DNA from: Verrucomicrobiia bacterium
Lineage (GTDB): Bacteria > Chloroflexota > Dormibacteria > Dormibacterales > Dormibacteraceae
Length of the DNA stretch: 64,000 nucleotides
Direction of reading: 5' to 3'
Assembly (NCBI GenBank): GCA_035637495.1
Contig: DASPXA010000053.1
Span: 694-64,693, forward strand
Below the pieces are notes generated by a model. The model saw only the letters and a program-made list of their open reading frames with translations. It made no database searches and had not been told where the DNA came from. Made by a program: the position numbers and the translations under genes. This document shows positions 61,732 to 64,000 of this stretch, piece after piece (positions within the stretch are counted from its first letter, which is position 1; every line of letters starts with the position of its first letter).

Positions 61732-62444
61732 GCCATCCTCCCCGTCTGCCCCGCCGGTTGGTCGCGCACAAGCCGGCCGTGCACGAGGGTAAGCACCCGC
61801 CGCTGGAGCCGGGTCACGATCTCGACGTTGTGGGTCGCGACCAGCACCGAGGTGCCCCAGGCTGCGATGTCCTCGAAGAGGTCCATCAGCTCCCAGGCCG
61901 TGTCATGGTCGAGGTTGCCGGTGGGCTCGTCGGCGATCAGAAGCGGGGGCTGTGCGACCACGGCCCGGGCCACCGCGACGCGTTGCTGCTGGCCGCCGGA
62001 GAGCTGGTTCGGGAATGCGTCGGCCCGTTCGCCGAGGCCCACCGCTTCGAGCGCGTCCAGCGAGCGCTCCCTCGCCTCTTCGTCAGAGACGCGGAGGTCG
62101 CCGACCTGCAGGCCGAACGCCACGTTCTCGAGGGCTGTCAGCCGCGGCAGCAGCTTGTAGTCCTGGAAGACCACGCCAACCCGACGCCGCAGCTCGGCGA
62201 CCCGTGACGCCTTGATCTCGTGCGCCGGGATCCCGGCTATGCAGACCGTGCCGCGGGTCGGCCGGATCTCGCGGTTGATGAGCTTCAGAAGTGTCGACTT
62301 GCCGGCGCCGCTCGGGCCGACGAGGAAGGTCAGCTCACCCGGCAGGAGGGTGAGGTTGACGTCCTCGAGCGCAAGCCGGGACCCGTAAGACCGGCTGACT
62401 CCCACGAACTCCACGATCGGGCGCACGTTGACGAGTGGGCGCAC
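61713..62444 (-). CDS. ftsE: cell-division ABC transporter ATP-binding protein FtsE
   Basis: ...GPSGAGKSTLL..., ...LSGGQQQRVAVARAV..., ...LLIADEPTGNLD... The true start is probably GTG near 62426 (VRPIVEFVGV...). Confidence 0.9.
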   Translation of the reverse strand: MRPLVNVRPIVEFVGVSRSYGSRLALEDVNLTLLPGELTFLVGPSGAGKSTLLKLINREIRPTRGTVCIAGIPAHEIKASRVAELRRRVGVVFQDYKLLPRLTALENVAFGLQVGDLRVSDEEARERSLDALEAVGLGERADAFPNQLSGGQQQRVAVARAVVAQPPLLIADEPTGNLDHDTAWELMDLFEDIAAWGTSVLVATHNVEIVTRLQRRVLTLVHGRLVRDQPAGQTGRMAWLASS

Positions 62445-62572
62445 TTATCCGTTCGAGTAAACGGCGATCTCCGAGTTACCTTGCTGAGGGCCGCGCGTGA
62501 GCCCGCGTGCTGCTGCAACTGTTGTCAGATTTAGGGTGTTGTAGCTGACACGGTGGCCGGGGGAAGAGGCCG

Positions 62573-63823
62573 GTGAAGAGCCTTGGAGTGGTACGGGGGA
62601 GCGCGCTCTACGTCGGCGCGCTCATCGGTCCGGGCCTCCTCCTCGTTCCCGCCCTGGGCGTGCAGGCGGCAGGGCCGGCCTCGATCCTGGCCTGGGGCGC
62701 GCTGCTCATCCTTTCGGCGCCGCTGGCGGTGACTTTTGCCGCGCTCGGCGTGCGGTACCCCGTGGCGGGCGGCGTGTCTGCCTACGTCCGCGCCGGATTC
62801 GGAGACGCCGCGGCCGGAGTTACCGGTGCCTGGTTCGTGGCGGCGGTGGTGCTGGGTGCACCGGCGGTCGCGCTGATCGGCGGCTACTACGTGGCCGACC
62901 TGGTCGGAGGCGGCGTCGGCGTCGCGTTGGCTGCGGGCTTTCTGACATACGGGACGGTGCTGGTCGCCAACGCCCTCGGGCTGCGCCTCTCATCCGCGTT
63001 CCAGCTGGCTCTCTCCGCCACCCTGGTCGTGGTCCTGGCGGTGGCAATCGCCGCCGCGCTGCCGTCGCAGGCGGGCCGCAACTGGACGCCGTTCGCCCCG
63101 CACGGATGGTGGGCGGTCGGAACGGCGGCCAACATCCTGGTGTGGCTGTTCGTCGGATGGGAGGCGGTCGCCCAGCTCGCGGGCGAATTCCGCCAGCCGG
63201 GCCGCGATCTGCCTCGCGCGATCGCGATCGCTTTCGGCGTGGTCACGATCCTCTACATCTCCCTGGCCGTGGTGACGATCGGCGTCTCGGGCAACTCCAT
63301 GTCCCGGGTTCCTCTCGCCGATCTCGTCTCAGTCGGCTTCGGCCAGGTTGGCCGCGACCTGACAGCGCTGCTCGCAGTCGCCTTGACCATGGGCACCATG
63401 AATGTCTACATGGGTGGGAGCGCAAAGCTCGTCGATTCGCTCGCAGAGGCGGGCGCGCTCCCCGCATGGCTCGGCGGCAGCCGCCGCGACATCCCCCTTC
63501 GCCCGCTGGCGCTGTTTGCCTCAACAGGCCTCGTGCTGCTCGGGTTGCTGGCAGCCGGTGTGATCAACGCCACGGACCTCGTCCGCGCGACCTCGAGCCT
63601 GTTTGTCTGCGTCTACGTGCTCAGCATCGCGTCGGCGGTGAAGATTCTTAGGGGTCGCGACCGCGCGATGGCCCTCGCGGCAGTGGTCATGGTCGCCCTG
63701 ATAACGGCGTTCTCGAGCTGGTACATCCTGGTCCCCGCCGTCGTCGCCGTCCTGTCCCTGCTGCAGTGGGCGCGGTATGCAAGACAGGCGACAACGAGGG
63801 TGGAGCGTCCCGAACAGGCATAG
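62573..63823 (+). CDS. APC-family amino acid/polyamine permease
   Basis: 416 aa, 12 TM helices, APC-type glycine-rich motifs. Confidence 0.8.
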   Translation: MKSLGVVRGSALYVGALIGPGLLLVPALGVQAAGPASILAWGALLILSAPLAVTFAALGVRYPVAGGVSAYVRAGFGDAAAGVTGAWFVAAVVLGAPAVALIGGYYVADLVGGGVGVALAAGFLTYGTVLVANALGLRLSSAFQLALSATLVVVLAVAIAAALPSQAGRNWTPFAPHGWWAVGTAANILVWLFVGWEAVAQLAGEFRQPGRDLPRAIAIAFGVVTILYISLAVVTIGVSGNSMSRVPLADLVSVGFGQVGRDLTALLAVALTMGTMNVYMGGSAKLVDSLAEAGALPAWLGGSRRDIPLRPLALFASTGLVLLGLLAAGVINATDLVRATSSLFVCVYVLSIASAVKILRGRDRAMALAAVVMVALITAFSSWYILVPAVVAVLSLLQWARYARQATTRVERPEQA

Positions 63824-63865
63824 CAAGCCGCAGGGCAGATGGCCGGGACGTAACCGGCCACCCAC

Positions 63866-64000
63866 TTAGCTTCGGCGGGACAGAACGAAGCCGATCGGTT
63901 CGCGTCGGCCCGAGCCGCCGCTCTCTGCCTCGGCCTCCGGCAGCAGCTCCTTCAGCCTCGCCATCTCGAGCCTTGCCGCCTGACGAGAAGCCGCCTGGAC
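63866..64000 (-). CDS. 3' end of an unidentified gene (5' part beyond window)
   Basis: Minus strand reads ...AARLEMARLKELLPEAEAESGGSGRREPIGFVLSRRS* with a TAA stop at 63866-63868. Confidence 0.3.
   Translation of the reverse strand, partial: VQAASRQAARLEMARLKELLPEAEAESGGSGRREPIGFVLSRRS

Noticed and set aside
1-64000. rRNA, tRNA, CRISPR arrays, IS elements and integrases
   Set aside because: No cloverleaf-like or repeat-spacer periodicity, no transposase or integrase-like translations in any frame. Coding density leaves no room for rRNA.

Overview
High-GC (~70%), gene-dense chromosomal window of Actinobacteria type, with many GTG/TTG starts, 4-nt ATGA/GTGA start/stop overlaps and some near-leaderless gene starts. 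Left third (1-26 kb): a nucleobase salvage and catabolism supercluster. It holds NCS2 and NCS1 nucleobase permeases, two cytosine-deaminase-family paralogs, hpt, adenine deaminase, an 8-oxoguanine/guanine-deaminase-like amidohydrolase, a three-subunit xanthine dehydrogenase, urate oxidase with HIU hydrolase and OHCU decarboxylase, allantoinase, allantoate amidohydrolase and a DUF3830 protein. It also holds a second, orphan CoxL-like molybdoenzyme operon with CoA ligase, alpha/beta hydrolase, crotonase and LLM oxidoreductase. Middle (26.1-40.6 kb): a ~14.5 kb, single-strand, translationally coupled Tad/Flp-like secretion locus of atypical composition. Gene order is RDD, CpaB, cNMP-binding::CpaE/TadZ fusion, HEAT-repeat protein, CpaF, TadB, TadC, two TadE-like, giant TadG-like, a second short CpaF, a small Arg-rich ORF with perfect SD, a single-ORF fusion of a Cys-rich LPNTG substrate to a sortase catalytic domain, then an SDR. 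No Flp pilin or prepilin peptidase gene was found in the window. Right third: flotillin with a clean intrinsic terminator, a WGR-domain protein, a membrane GAF-sensor/CPBP-protease module, an F420-type LLM, an S1 protease, a lipoprotein, hydrolases, threonine dehydratase, PPK2, a CBS protein, a SnoaL/cupin/Rieske cassette, an orphan histidine kinase, a tandem-HNH protein, DUF427, EnvC-like M23 peptidase with FtsX and FtsE, and an APC permease. No rRNA, tRNA, CRISPR array or IS/transposase was recognised. Exact coordinates of small motifs may be off by a few nt because they were read by eye.
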